From contig NC_087245.1 of assembly GCF_037042905.1 (NCBI RefSeq), positions 39,434,001 to 39,498,000 of the forward strand: 64,000 nt of DNA. Reading direction: 5' to 3'. Source of the DNA: Lytechinus pictus (lineage: Eukaryota). Position numbers and translations under genes: made by a program. The notes under the pieces are model-generated. The model was given only the letters and a program-made list of their open reading frames with translations, was not told the origin of the DNA and did not search any database. This document shows positions 26,624 to 39,789 of this stretch, piece by piece (within the stretch, counting starts at the first letter, position 1; every line of letters begins with the position of its first letter).

Positions 26624-29591
26624 ATGAAGTACTCAAAGAACTTGAGAATTTCCAACAAAATTGACATTATTAAAGGCCTGTTAGGGTTCCTATACTGCCC
26701 TTGGGAATTCTAGCTGGGAATATTTTCTAGAATTATCACATGGGGGATTTTAGCTAGGAATATTTCCTAGAACTAACACATGGGGGACTTCCCAACTAAC
26801 AGCTGGTAATAGCTAATAAACAAAGGGTTTTGCAACTTAAGTAATTGAAAGAATGGGTATTAATAGTAACAAGAAGGAGGTACATACAAGTAGTTCAGCT
26901 GTTTTGTAAAAGTATCCAAGTTGTGGACTTTGAGCACCTTTGTAGATTTTATATATTATTTTATTGAAGATTTAACAGTTTGGTGTACATACAGAGAGTT
27001 ATTTATCATTACTTCGTTAGAAACTTGTTGTTTTCATCAGTTTTGCTTGTTTTACAATTTGAAAATAAAACAGTGGTGTTAAATCAGACTCCATGAGGGT
27101 GTATCATTCTTTTAAAGTATCTCTAAAGCATGTGGAACAGAAATGAAAATGATTACATTGAAAGTATCTGTTAAGAAGAAGAGAAAATAGAGAAAACTAA
27201 TTTTTTTCATAAAAGGTGATTTAAGTCGCGATTTAAATCATGATTTAAATCGACATGATTTAAATCAAACAACCCTGATCTTTAGTGATAATTTTGCAAA
27301 TTATGCTTTAAATGTTATTTGTTGATGTAAGAATAGGGTTTGAAAGGAGTAAACAAAATCAACGTGTCTGATTGTATGAGACTAAAAAGGAAAATATGAG
27401 AGGCTGCGTGTGGAAAATCGAATTTGTTTAATTTGTCAGATAATTTGTAAGAAACACAAATGTGACCTTTGTGTTTCATGTGTTTCTTTTTCTTTCATAC
27501 AGTACCTTTGCATGAAAATCAACCAAAGACAAGCAAAATATGAAAATTGCTGCAAACATGTCAAGTGGCTAAAGTAGTGCTTTGCAATAATAAAACAGAG
27601 GTCTAGTAAAGGTGTGAAATTAATCCTCAATGGAAAAAGAAAATACTTTTTACAGAAACAATTCTAAAAATGACAATGATCATAAACGTTGTTCATATTT
27701 AAAGTTGATAACTTTATGGAAGTTTATAAGAACATAAGCTTCAAGAATATAAAACATATGTTCAACGTTTCAAAGTTAAGGAGTCGAGACATACAATGTA
27801 CATCATTGCTTTGACATGATATAGGGCCTACCCTACAATTTAAAATGCGCCTTTTCGTATGGATTTTCCATAACCTTTTCTTTTATAGACCCTGTGCAAT
27901 TTATCTTCATTTGTAATGATTGTGATAGATAGGTCTAATCGATATTACCGCAGATTTATTTTTGGTTTCATTCATCATCTCAAGTTAGCACAAATCCAAC
28001 AATTTTTATTGATTAAAATTAATCTCAGCAAAAATGATAATGAAAATGAAATAAAAATAAATAAATGATTTAGCATAGTAACATCTTAGTTTTGTATTCT
28101 GTTTTTTTTTTTTTTGCTGAACGTTGTAAACATGTTTTCTTTACCATACATAATTTCTTTAAAAGAAATTGTTTTCATGTTGTTTCTAATAAATCATGAG
28201 GGGTCAGAGAGATTGCCGCCCATTTTGATATTTCAAGTTTGGTTGAAAAAAACTGGAAAAGGGGTGGGGGAAAAGAGGGAGAAAATGTGAGAAAATAAAA
28301 TATTTTTCAAAAATTATTTGGGCCTAGATTATCCCGAAGAAGTTAAAATGAGATCCGTTTTGCTGTAAAATTGATGAGCCCCCATATAAAAAATAATTTG
28401 GCGCCATCCTAGATAAAATGCATCAGAGTGCAATAGAAAGACCCCCCAAAAATGTTGAAAGGTGATATGTCAGTGTGGCCTGCCGTAAATGCATTTTCTC
28501 TCAATGCCGACGATGGTGGGCAGTGTGCAAAGAAGATCATGCCTACGTAGGACATATCTGGAGGTGTCTTTCCAAGGACCATTCTTCGTATCGCCCAAAT
28601 TGGCTTTGTGAAACAGTTGAGCGATATCTCGTTCTTACGTAGAGCGGTTTTACCAAAGACCATTTCATGCAACAGGCCCCAGGTGTCTGTCCAAGACCAA
28701 GCGGCATGCGGCAGCCCAAGAAGAAAGGCCATAGATTCTAGACTAAATACTAAGTATGACCTATCATAATCATGTCATTCTAATTAAAGTTCTAACGACT
28801 TAGTGACAAACTTATCAAAATACGGAATAAAGCAATAGAGAAAAATTTGAACACAATTTGATTTTTTTGGTGGGCATATTAAGGTGCTAGTATAGAGTGA
28901 CAAATTTCTTCAAATACGGAATAAAGCAAGAGAGAAATGTTTGAATGCAATTTGATTTATTGCTGGGCATATTAAGGTGCTAGTATAGAGTGATGAACAA
29001 GCCAAGATACTAATAATTCTTGTTGGCCCGGAGGGCGGGAAAAGGGGTTTTCTTTTGGGGGTATATAAGAAGTGGACAGGGGGTTTGAAATGTCTGAGGG
29101 AGGATAGAGCGAAAAGAGAAAAGTAGGTAAGCAAAAATTTAAAAAATCTTTGGGGGCATATTAAGGTGTTAGTATAAAGTGACAAAAATTGTAATATTTT
29201 GATATTTTTGGCCGACCAAAAGTAACATTATATATTGCGCTCTTAGAATTTACCAGAGCAGCCTAAAATATATTCAAGTGGGGACATGGCATGTTGATCC
29301 ATGGTCAATTTAAAATTAGAGTGTTTATTCCAGTGTGCAATGAGCATCACATGTACCCCTGTACTTATATTTAGAGTCTGATATCAGGAAAAAAATGTTT
29401 CTACTAACTAAAAGGAAAGTGGCCTCATAATGAGCACACAAGTATTCTTATTGTAATGAGATTGGACGTCTTGAGTGTTGATCTAGTTTTAATCAAGATA
29501 CAAATCTATAGCCTGTTATGTGCCCAATTCTATGTATACAGCAATGCTTATATTGCATATGAATGTAGTTTTGGATGAAAAATTTATTGTA

Positions 29592-30636
29592 CCGTAAGTA
29601 ACGGACTATAAACCGCACCCGTAACTTTGGACTAAAAAAAAAAAATAAAAAAAAAAAAATTTATATTTGAGGTACGAAGAAACAAAAACTAAGTTAAAGA
29701 TTTCAAAGTATCCAAAGAGATTACCGGTATGCGGAAATCTGCTGTTCTTGATCAATTCATCTACAAATGTTAGCAAGAAAGAAAGGTCCCGACAATATTG
29801 GCCACTTACACACTCACTCACCTCACAGTCACAGTGTACACACACACAGCACTGCCGTTCTTGTACATTGCAAACTACGATACGGTACCAGTACATCTTA
29901 TCAAATAACGATCTGTGTCTTTCCCGGCGTAGGAGGAAGAAACATTCACATTTCTTGCATCACAAACTCACAATCACTTTCAGAATTTGTCTAGCATTCG
30001 ATGTCTTAGCATGAATTTTGGATACGGGATTACAGGAAGGTTCAAGAAACAAAGAAATTGGCATTTTTTACAGTTTTTTTTAAGGCTTCGTGCCGTCTCT
30101 CTCGTGCGTGGTGTACATGGTATCTTATGAAAAGCAAACGGGAAAGAAAAAATAAGCTGGCGCGAAACGGGACTTCCGAGGGGATCGAGGGTTAAAATGA
30201 ATAGCGCCAGCTTAAGTCGCACTATAACCACAATACAACACAAGCTAGCTCAGCTCACTCAACTCTCGCGCTCGCTAAGCTGTGACAAAATATTACCGAG
30301 TATGCTTGGCGTCTCTTTGAAAGGGAACTTCGCTGCTTTGAACCGAGAATAAAGTTGAAATTAGTGTCATGAAGGTGGGTGCGTTTGTTATGGACAATAT
30401 TTGATAAGATCGTAATAATCGCTTCTCATTACCCGCGGCTCATACCCCTCTAAACGACATCGCCCTGGGCGGCTACGCCCGGCCACTCGATGTGTTGTGA
30501 ACTGGCAGACGTCTTACATGTTCGGGAGGGGTTACGACGGGCTGGCTCAGACCCGTCACCGTGGATAAACCGCACCCCCGACTTTTGCTTCTATCCCGCC
30601 AAGAAAAAGGTGCGGTTAATAGACCGTTACTTACGG
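29592..30636. mobile_element. TA-flanked Tc1/mariner-pogo-like non-autonomous element
   Basis: TA|CCGTAAGTAACGGACTAT...ATAGACCGTTACTTACGG|TA, with internal TAAACCGCACC repeats. Confidence 0.8.
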
Positions 30637-30914
30637 TACTCATGAGTTGTTTTTGTTTCCATGCAATAAGTATACAAGTAGATGCCTATATATAGGCATA
30701 TTCTCCTCTACCTGGTCGGTTTTTCCATATGTCTGCATCTTATGGCTTGGCCACCCAACATACATGCGAGAATAATAAACAAAACATATCACTTGATGAA
30801 ATAATTGGTGAAAAATCCTTGAATCTCAGCTTTGTTCGTCTCAGGTGCCTAGAGGACTACAGTCTAGCTGATCAAAAGTTGGATTATAGAGTAAAGGATC
30901 TAAACGGATCAACC

Positions 30915-30985
30915 ATGCCACAAGACGGGAGATACAGCCGCAGGTCCCGATCAAGATCCAGGAATAAGCGGAGTAGGAGACGAAG
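30915..30985 (+). CDS. RS-rich transformer-like / THRAP3-BCLAF1-like protein, first coding exon
   Basis: Acceptor TTTGTTCGTCTCAG ends at 30844. ACCATG start, MPQDGRYSRRSRSRSRNKRSRRR, then AG|GTGAGT donor. Phase 2 matches exon 43191. Confidence 0.8.
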
Positions 30986-31323
30986 GTGAGTCACCATACA
31001 AGCAGTATGAATTGCTTGTCTTTCAAAACAAATGAAACCCTATTGAACATATTGTATAAACTGTAATTAAGCTCTATTTTGTTCAAAAGGGGCTTTAAAA
31101 CAAACTGTTTGTTGAGGATCTTCATTAGGCCTAACTGGACATGAATTTCAATGCATGGTGTTACTGAATGACTTGTTTCATTGATTAAAGCAAACTCATG
31201 ACATGTGGTGCGTTAAAAGTTGGCCCAATATGAAAAAGGCAAGTGTAGATTAAAAAAAAAAAAATTTTAAAGAATTTTCAACCTATTCTGTTATTTCTAA
31301 AAAGTTTTTTGACTTTTTCGCAG

Positions 31324-31338
31324 ACACGGATCATCAAA
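31324..31338 (+). CDS. Candidate 15-nt frame-preserving microexon (adds HGSSK)
   Basis: TTTTTTGACTTTTTCGCAG acceptor and AA|GTAAGT consensus donor. Phase 2-2. Confidence 0.6.
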
Positions 31339-32019
31339 GTAAGTACACTGAGATGTCTGAAGATGATTTTGTAATATGAGGAACAACGTCCCCTCTTCCA
31401 AGAATGTGTTTTTGCTGGGAAAAAATGGAAATGGCGGAGGATGAGAAAAAAAAGGGGATGCAATGTGCTCTTGAGCTGAAATTCATTGCCGAGGAGCAGA
31501 GAAATTGACCTGTTGGATGCCTTTCATCTCATAAAAGAAATAGGAAGAGAGGTTGGATGGAAGGAAGGAGGAAGCAGTGTAGTATTCTGATCCAGATTGA
31601 GATGTTAGCCCTGAAGCGATCCACGAGATGTTCTGATGGTTGATTGATGTCTTTGAAAGTCTTTGAAGAAATGTTGCATGTCCTGGTCATTGTTGACCTT
31701 CAGCCTTCCTGTGCAATGGCTCGCATGAACCTTCACTTGGGCTGACCCATAGCACTCCCAGCAACCGTTTGTGTCACCCTTTTAAAATGAATAAACTATT
31801 AAGTAACCATTTTGTCGGACAATAATTTTTTTTAGAAGAAATAATATTTGCAGAAATTGATGAATGTACTGATCCACCAAATCTTACATTGCTCTAAATG
31901 CAAAAATTTCCATGCTGCCATGTGTAATTCAAACATCTTCAAATATGTGTCAACTTATTGAGATGATCATGTTATCAGAGCTTTGTGAACCATGAATGCA
32001 AGGTTTGATATCATCTGTA

Positions 32020-32401
32020 CGGAGCCTATAAAGTGCCATCGACTTGACGACTTTGCGAGATACTTTATCTTGCCATGTCGACATAATAACCTTGTTATGT
32101 TGACATGGCGAGATATGTTATCTTGCCAAGTCGACTTACAAAAGGTTATATGTTGACATGGCGAGATACGTTATCTTGCCAAGTTGACTTATAAAAAGTT
32201 ATATGTCAACTTGGCGAGATATTTGGACTCTCGCCGGGCCTTGGACACTTCATATCTTGCCATGTCGACATATAATGTTTTATAAGTCAACTTGGCAAGA
32301 TAACGTATCTCGCCATGTCGACATAATAAGGTTATTATGTCGACATGGCAAGATAAAGTATCTCGCCAAGTCGTCAAGTCGATGGCTCTTTAAAGGCTCC
32401 G
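32020..32401. mobile_element. Palindromic TA-flanked MITE with internal ~59-bp repeats
   Basis: TA|CGGAGCCT.TAAAG.GCCATCGACTTGACGAC...GTCGTCAAGTCGATGGCTCTTTAAAGGCTCCG|TA. Confidence 0.85.
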
Positions 32402-35400
32402 TACATCTGGCATTATTTTTCACTTTCAAAAATGAATTAAAATTTTAATATATATTTTGAAAATTCCCAAAGAAAAGGAATGTTGCCATTTTTTTAAAAG
32501 TACATGAAAGTTTCTTGTGAATTTTTCTAATTTTGTTACCTTTTAGACAAATTTCAAACTTCATCATAATTACTTCATTGTTGAAACTATTTCAACAAAA
32601 TCAAAATCATGAACTTACTCTTACAAACAGCTAATTCATAGAAAGTTCATATATGTTGAGTTTGTGTTGCAAGTAAAACATTTAAAAATTCCCAGGTTGG
32701 AGGGAAAATTGGTCCGTTACAAATAACTTACAAATTCCATGTCCTGAGGCAATCCATGCCCCTATTTTATTCCACTTTGATTTGGTAATTGTACAGTAAG
32801 GAAGGATTTCTTGGGCTAAATCCAAAATTGTTCATTGCCATTGCTCAAGCTTGAAGGCCTATCAACCTTGGATGTCACCTTATTACAGTTTCTTTTACTT
32901 CTAGAATCTTTATGTATGAGACCGTTTTGGGCACCAAGAGATGATCCCATTATGATGATGACCGCATGGGCCTGAATGATGTCTCAAATGATAATGTTTT
33001 GTAATGATTCCAGAATAGTGAAGCAAATGACTACGCAGAAGACGAGGGACAATACTTTCGGAATCTGTTGCAGATGGTGTCTGGAGGAATGATGATCATG
33101 TGGTAGTACATTTGTACTAATTGCATTTCATCCCTTGAGGGTCGACATGTTCCAGTCATGCATGCAAATGGAAATGTTGAAAATAGGAAGTCTTCAAGAA
33201 AGAAATGTGGATTGAAGATTACAACTAAATTAGAGATCAGGGCCCCATTTTATAAGAAGGTGCTACGATAGAAACTCTTGCTGGAATATTAACTTTCATC
33301 GGAAAAGTCAATCATAAAGCAGAACATTCACTGTGTCATAGTAGAATTTTCATTGTGTTGTGGTCGTAAACTACCATGACAAGTGAAAATTCTGCCCTTT
33401 GATTGTCTCTTCCAATGAAAGTTGACATTCCACCAAGAGTTGCTATCATAGCAACTTTTCATGAAATGGAGCCCTGAGCTGTCCCTTTTGGCCCAGTAGA
33501 GGAACCAATGACGGCTCAATCTGGAAAAGACGGAATTGTGATTTGAAGGCGATTAACCAAACCCTACTATTTGACGAGCACTGGTGATGTGACTGATGGT
33601 ACCGACTGTAAAAAGGAAGGGTTATGATAACTTAATCCAGTAAAACTTCAGCACGCAAGGTTTGCATACACTATGATCTGGAAGGAGAACCAAATTGCTC
33701 GGTTGTAAATTGCAGCATGTAAACCAAGATAATGAAGAAACAGACCGGACTCTGGAGATAACCTGTCCAGTCTTCTCTCAAGGACAGAGATGACCGAGAC
33801 AAGAGAGAGAGAATCCCGGAAGGGCATTGCCAAAGATGAATGAAAGAAAAGAAACCTGGAAAAGTAAGCCTTTGTCAAGAGTAGCGTCTTGCGGAGGTCG
33901 TTGAAGGCGAGGGGAGAAATCTACAAGCTGAAGCCACAGAGAATGCTGAATGGATTATAAATGAAGATGTCCATCAAATAAAAAAAAAAATGCTAAAAGT
34001 AGGTTGAAAGCTCCCTCAGGGTTCATCTTCTTCTTTTCATTGAATTGAATGTTGAAGGCCACACAGAACAGAAAATTAACCCTATGATGCCAGAGGAGAG
34101 ACTTGAGAGATTCTTAGAGACATCAGTACTTCTCTTCCTTGTACCAAGTGTTGTACAGTATTGGCACATTGACTGGTGGTAATGGCATGGCGCTCTTATT
34201 AAAATGCAATTAATGGGAGGAGGAAGACTTGTCTAACAAGGCTGAATGTTAAAGGTATCTTAAGAATAATTAATCAATGCTCTTCATCATACATGTTCAG
34301 TCTTGGCATTATCTTTGACAATGTCATTGACTGTGTCATCGTCAATGTTGACATCATTGTTATCGGCAATGCATACGATTGGTGAGGAGTTATCATCCAC
34401 ACACTCACAATATTATTCTTGTACATACTGGAGAAGGCAATCCTGGTGATGAATCCAAGGTCCCAATGATCGAGTACCAGATAGATGCAGAGCCTGTATG
34501 CACGGAAGAGGTCAACACAAACAGGAATTGGCAAGTGTTCTCACGGCTAAGATGAAAGCAAACTTGGGGTAAATGTATAGTCCGAATGTAACAGATGGGT
34601 TAGAGATAATGGAATCAATTGTGAAAGATGACCTGAACAGGATCCAGAATGGCCGAGATGAAAAGATGCAAAAAATTGGCAGCGACTAATGAAATACTAA
34701 ACTTCTGAGAGCGGCAAAAGATCAGATAAAAATGGCAATTTGACTGGAAGAGGAAAACCTAAGCAGGGATTCCAGGTATGGAGGTCCACTGTACCTTATC
34801 ATATAAGGTTGAGAACAAGAATGATGTGAATGATGTCTAGAATGGTGTTGGTGCAACCATGAAAATGAAAGATGAATTTAGTCTACAATGGAAGATTGGG
34901 GTCCCATTGCACAAAGAGTTGTATTCATATTATTTATTTTTTTTTAAATAAAAAAAAATCAAGGACATTGTGATTTCCAACCGATGAAAACATCAAACTG
35001 TTTCAAGTCACTTTTTAATGATGATGACAATAGTAAGTATAGTTTGCTTATATAGCTCATATATCAGAGGTCTCATTAATAACGCCCCAACTTATCTGCA
35101 ATACATGTGTATAAAAGAAGATATCACAGAATTTTACGGACAATGCAATATTTCATGGCAAAAGAAATCAAATTCTGCAAAATCCTATGTAATCTAAGCA
35201 AAATCCAATAAAACTAAAACGGGTATCAGTGGAAAATCTAAGGATCGAACCTGTTCGCTGTGTTAAGCATGTGTTCTGCAAATGTTGTCTGCATACTGCA
35301 GTCATGCAGTGGTATTATTTATACATATAAAAAAACGTAACGTTTTCTTAGGTTTTCACAATTCAGAATTGATTTATATTTGTTTTGTTCATGTCACCAA

Positions 35401-35659
35401 AGAACACAGAATTTGACGTTGAGAGCAACAAAGAACACAGAATCTGCATTAGTTAGAAAACTTAGGTCACGATAATGAAGAATAATTTCACAGGCTTAGT
35501 GTAGCAGCTGTTATGGGCTCTGTGTCTCAATGAATATATTCCTTCTAGGTGGTTGTTTGATGAAGCTGTTCAGAAGTTACAAGCTACTTTATAAATGACT
35601 GATGATCCTTTCTTTTGAACTACATTAACACCAATGAAAATCTGGTGTATATCATTTAG

Positions 35660-36248
35660 CCCGGGGGGGGGGGGGGGGGCACTTCCATTGACGAGTGGAT
35701 ACCATGCGCGGCCATGAGATCTCAAAAAGCACCCTAAACACGTATTTTCCATATTCTGAAAATGCACCCCTTAACAAGTATTGGCGTGTGAAACCCTACC
35801 CTTAACAAGTATTGGAAACAAAACGATATGAATAGGCAAGTATTCCATGAATTGAACCCCTAAACAAGTTCAGCGATATTTCAATTTATTGTTATGTCAC
35901 TGACGTCGGAGTCGGTTTTACCTTTACCTTTGACATCATTGGGTTTAGTACAGCCCCACTCGCGCAAATTGTACTCTAAACACGTATAGTGTTGACTCTT
36001 AGGGCAAAAAGTTCATCCTTTATAAAACATTTTAGTCTTGATTTTTTATACCCTCGCAAATTTGACCCTAAACACGTAGCTTTCCTATCGAAAATAGATA
36101 CCCTTTTTTCATTATTTTAGTGTTTTTGACACCCTTATTACGTTTCGTACGTAACTTGCCCTATCTTGAAAAAAACATCCTTTTTACGTGTTTTTTGGTT
36201 GCGCATGGTATCCACTCATCAATGGAAGTGGCCCCCCCCCCCCCCGGG
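35660..36248. mobile_element. CCCGGG/poly-G-ended MITE nested in a smaller Harbinger-like MITE (~35549-36318)
   Basis: CATTTAG|CCCGGGGGGG...CACTTCCATTGA...TCAATGGAAGTGGCCCCCCC...CCCGGG|CATTTAG. Confidence 0.75.
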
Positions 36249-36519
36249 CATTTAGCCCAAGAAGGGATTACCAGTCACGTCGTCGCATGTAACTTCCGAA
36301 CAGCTTTATGAAACACCCAGCTGGTCCCCATTTACCTCTTCTGGTTTGGGTTGGATGAATGGATGAATGGATGAATTGGAAATCAATGCAACTCTTTGTG
36401 CAACCGACCCCCCAGGGATAACAACCTCAATCCACCCCAGAAAGAAAACCTGACAAAAATGGATCAACTTGATGGAGCAAGGAAGAAGGAACAGAAAAGA
36501 AGATGCACTCGATGCATTT

Positions 36520-36950
36520 TAAACTGGTTTCCGAGAAACCGTTCACTGAGCAGTTGAAGATGACTTTGGCTGCATACAGTACCAGATGGATGGATCGATG
36601 GAAAAATACTCAGTGAATGCCATGACTCCCAAGACAATCAGATTTATGAGGAGTTGGTCATATGAGATGCAGTTGAGGATGAAACTCTGGTTTCCTAGAA
36701 ACTGTTCCATAAGCAGTAGAAGATGACTTTGTCTGCATACCAGATAGATGGATGGATGGAAAGATACTCAGTGAATGCCATGAATCCCAAGACAATCAGA
36801 TTTATGAGGAGTTGGTCATAAGGGATGCAGTTGAGGATGAAACTCTGGTTTTCTAGAAAGTGTTCCATAAGCAGTAGAAGATGACTTTGGCTGCATACCA
36901 GATAGATGGAAAGATACTAAGTAAATGCCTTGAGACAAATCCAAAGACAT
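36520..36950 (+). repeat. About 160-bp tandem duplication, ~2.6 copies, GATG/GAAG-rich
   Basis: CTGGTTT..(T)AGAAA...GAAGATGACTTTG.CTGCATAC recurs at about 36524, 36687 and 36846. Confidence 0.9.
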
Positions 36951-39789
36951 CAGGGGCCAGTTTCATAAAAGTTATAACAAAGATAACTTTGCCATTGTTG
37001 TAACTACCACATAAATCTTGACTGTGATTGGCTGTCAAGCCCTGTTTCCATGGTAGTTGCCATAATGTCAAAGTTACAACAGTTGCAACTCTTTATGAAA
37101 CAGAACCAAGATTTACGCGGTGATGGTCAAATGAGATGGAGAATGAAACAAACAAAAGAGATGCCATTGGTAGACCATGACAGCAGCAAGAAAAGAACGA
37201 TAGCTGCAGATTTCCAGAGAGGCAGATGGATGAAAGGGGATAAAGTAAATGCAGATGAGATTAAACTTGAATGGAAATTGGAAACATGCAAAGAGAATAA
37301 AAGATGAAAACCATATGAGAAGTGTACCAAAGCTTCAAAAGAGACGGGGATGAAAGCAGAAACCACTGATTGTGGAGGAGAAGGAGGGCAGAGAGGCCAG
37401 AGAATGCTGTTTTTTTAGAGGTTTACCTAACCGACCGATCTGTGCCTGGAGGTTAAATGCAAGATGTGTAGATGACCAAATGATTAATGAAACCAAATAT
37501 AACTTGAGAAATGGATGATGTAAAGTAGTAAACATTAAAAAGATGGCTGGTGGAACGTGGACAAGAAAGGAACACAGATAGCAGACAGAGAAAGACAGGT
37601 GGCAAAGATCAACTGACCAGAGTAAAGGGAAACACTGGATGAATCATATAAAACAACATGAATCGATGATCTGATCAAAGCTGAAAAGTACTAACTGCTG
37701 ATTACATGGATGAGGGGATGAAATCTGCCAAAATATTCCAAATTCTTGGAAAACATAACCAGGATACTACAAGAAATGATCCCCAAAAGGCAGTCAGATG
37801 TTAATGAATTTCCAAAAGCACAACAAAAGAAAAGGCAGACTCACAATAAATAATGGAGGTATAATTGGAGAGGAGCTGGAGAGATGGAAAGAAGGTCAAA
37901 ACATATAGGGGCCTAAGTAAAAATGCAAACATGCTTAATTTACTTGCAACTTATAAATATCACCCGTAGGTGCAATAAACATAGTCAGAAGGTGAGTAAT
38001 CTATGTACATGCTTGAAATATACTTTCTGCTGTGATGTGCTTCATTTAGGTAGAGTACTTGAGTTAGAGCATGCATATATGATTTCCAAGTGTGCCAGTC
38101 ATCCCAAACTTACGTTAATTTCAACTTGAATTTAATCCGAAGCGGAGCTTCAAATATACAGACAGGTTGCAAGTTTGAATTGTCTAGTCAAATTTTTTAT
38201 GCACTACTCAACAACATACACTAGTATACAAATAATGAATGTTTATGAGTGCAATGGACAGAATACTTCATGAGGTGAAAGATAAACCGATCCATTCAAC
38301 AAGGCGTAGCTGAGTTGAATGGATCACTCATTTGATCTTTCACTGAATGAAGTATTCTGTCCATTGCACTCATAAACATTCATTATTTGGTTTATATGAC
38401 ACCTAAAAATAGATTATTTTTCATATGAAATTTATTAATTTCAATGCAAAATATGCTCCGTCAGCTGATTGTCGCGTACATACAACATGTGCGCTGCAAA
38501 CGCCTTACTTGTAGTGCCTGCAGCGGTGCGCGTGTGCAATGGACAAATCGTATGGATCCAAACTTGCACCGTGAATGGATCCAAAATTGCACGGTTGATG
38601 ACGTCATTGTAAAATGGACTGAATGATCGATATCAAACAACCAATCAAATGACAAGGATCTATCTAAGTGTCATATAACAAAGAATAAGATCACATAACA
38701 AAAAAATGTATAACATTGGAACTGTTTGCAGGGGGTTGTACAGGTTCCATGACATTTGCTCAGGCAGCAATTGCTCCCGGTAGAAAATCTGCACGTTAAG
38801 CCAAACATAAAACCTAACCTCCAAAACTAAGTAAACACTAATCCTTATCTTTACATTATTCCGAACCAAAAACTCCATTACAATGTTAACTCTAACCCTA
38901 TGCCCTCTGAGATGACAAGACAGGAGCAGTTGTCACAGGAGCAAATGTCATGTCACCTGTTGTATGTATGTAAGCCACATAATTCTGGGTAATTTTAGGT
39001 TGAGGGTGGGGGAGTTATTGAAACACTACTATACAAACTTGATGACTGGTGCACATGATATCACCAGGGCTCGACACTAGCGCCGGTCCGACGGTCCCAG
39101 ACCGGTAAAAATCACTGTCGGGCCGGTAGATTTTCAGAAATAGCAAGATTTACTGGTCCGACAAGACCAGTAAGAAAATATCATTGTCGGGCCGGTAATT
39201 TTTCCAAAAATAGCAAGATTTATGGGTCCGACATAAACAGTAATAAAAACCATTGTTGGGCCAGTAACTTTTCCAGAAATGGTCAAATTCACGAGTCCAA
39301 CATAAACATAAAAAATATTCCATGACTCAAATTGCAAACCATTTTCCTCCCGTTAAATTTGGTCATTCACACACAGAATACACACAGAATGAATCGCGTG
39401 CAATTTTTACTAGGGTAACATACAGTGTACATATGGCTAGCCAGCCACACAGCCCACAGGGTGAATTTTCTCCTGGCTGCACGAACGAAGCTTGGCGAAG
39501 CTTGGCAAACCTCTGGCAGAAATCTCTCACAGAACGGTCAAAATTCACATTTCACACTAATGAAAAGCTCTTATAATGTCAAAATTTCCCAAAAATTGGG
39601 GTAACTGTCATTTTTAAGCAGTAAAAGGAGAAATTTTCACTTCTGTTTTAGTTCAAAGAGATCGGGTTTCGAGTGATATCGTCTGAATACATGATAGCCC
39701 CACATATGCATTTGTGTGTGTGTTGATACACTTGGTTTCTTTCGTAGCTATATCTTAATTGAGCCAAAAAGAAACTGATAATTTATTTA

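Larger units (their letters stand above)
22815..27277. mobile_element. Non-autonomous hAT element with 8-bp TSD
   Basis: ATCTTTAG|CAGGGTTGTT...AACAACCCTG|ATCTTTAG, with subterminal GATTTAAATC repeats. Confidence 0.85.
22212..28679. mobile_element. Outer PIF/Harbinger-like non-autonomous element hosting nested insertions
   Basis: GGGCCTGTTTCATGA...TCATGCAACAGGCCC termini with CAA/CAG flanks. Confidence 0.55.

Noticed and set aside
30420..30615. GC-rich stretch with an AAG|GTGCGG donor as first exon of the RS gene
   Set aside because: It lies within the terminal region of the TA-flanked transposon 29592-30636. The true first exon could not be placed.
32950..33020. C/D-box snoRNA (ATGATGA...CTGA)
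   Set aside because: No convincing terminal D box or stem, and no recognisable rRNA guide. GATG motifs are common throughout this region.
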